A stretch of 40,484 nucleotides of DNA from Nitrospinaceae bacterium (lineage in GTDB: Bacteria > Nitrospinota > Nitrospinia > Nitrospinales > VA-1), in assembly GCA_046754465.1 (NCBI GenBank), contig JBHHVU010000026.1, forward strand, positions 1 to 40,484, written 5' to 3'. The notes beneath the pieces were generated by a model. The model worked only from the letters and a program-made list of their open reading frames with translations, was not told the DNA's origin and did not search any database. How positions within the stretch are numbered: the stretch's first letter is position 1; the number at the start of each line of letters is the position of its first letter. Made by a program: the position numbers and the translations under genes. This document shows, piece after piece, positions 40,012 to 40,484 of the stretch.

Positions 40012-40484
40012 TTAATGGTATTTGAACTGACCCACCAGGGATTGCAGTTGCGAGGCCAGCTTGGAGAGCTCGCCCGCGGCGGATTGGGTATCGCTGGACC
40101 CCTGGGTGGTGCTCTGCGCGGCCTGGGCGACTCCGGTGATGTTCTGGGCGATTTCCTGCGTTCCCCTGGCGGCTTCGCTCACGTTTCTGCCGATCTCGTT
40201 GGTGGTCGCCGACTGTTCCTCCACGGCGCTGGCAATGGTGCCCGCGATATCGTTGATCTTGTTGATCACGCCGCTGATCTCCCCGATGGCCGAAACCGCG
40301 TCCTGCGTGTCGGTTTGGATCGCTTCGATCTTCTGGCTGATATCCTCGGTGGCGCGGGCGGTTTGATTGGCCAGTTCCTTCACCTCGTTGGCCACGACGG
40401 CGAACCCTTTTCCCGCCTCCCCGGCGCGCGCCGCTTCAATCGTCGCGTTGAGCGCAAGCAGATTGGTCTGTTCCGCGATGGAGG
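40012..40484 (-). CDS. Methyl-accepting chemotaxis protein, C-terminal signalling domain (partial; 5' end outside the window)
   Basis: The frame is open to the window edge: [38 protein letters not shown]...[12 protein letters not shown]. Confidence 0.95.
   Translation of the reverse strand, partial: SIAEQTNLLALNATIEAARAGEAGKGFAVVANEVKELANQTARATEDISQKIEAIQTDTQDAVSAIGEISGVINKINDIAGTIASAVEEQSATTNEIGRNVSEAARGTQEIAQNITGVAQAAQSTTQGSSDTQSAAGELSKLASQLQSLVGQFKYH

Overview
This is a gene-dense, moderately GC-rich bacterial chromosomal segment made mostly of housekeeping genes. No integrase, transposase, phage or cas gene is recognisable. In order it holds: a TrmH-family methyltransferase (missed by the ORF track), a cNMP-binding protein, a REC-REC hybrid kinase with a sigma54-type promoter, dusB/RluA/YqgE, an LRR protein, hisI-hisG, an acidic membrane protein and mqnA. 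Next is the reverse-strand operon [DciA-like::TPR lipoprotein]-LolB-like-ispE-tRNA-Gln-prs-rplY-pth-hppA. It is followed by an RsbW/STAS pair, mlaE-mlaF-mlaD-TPR-GT-C, a pentapeptide-repeat gene, a prenyltransferase-repeat/nucleotidyltransferase/HAD trio and a TPR-SH3 lipoprotein. The window ends with a TPP riboswitch-thiS-thiG-thiE-thiC operon, tRNA-Val, thrS-infC(ATT start)-rpmI-rplT-pheS and a partial MCP. Gene content suggests a Nitrospinota- or Deltaproteobacteria-like organism (inference only). Two signals stand out. (1) An in-frame fusion joins a DciA/DUF721-like helicase-loader domain to an internally lipidated TPR protein. (2) A dispersed ~97-99 bp multi-hairpin repeat family (8 units at 5 loci plus a fragment at the window edge) has a fixed CATATAA core, compensatory stem changes and mosaic variable blocks, and it supplies stop codons and an RBS to neighbouring genes. 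All family assignments come from motif recognition by eye; no database searches were run.
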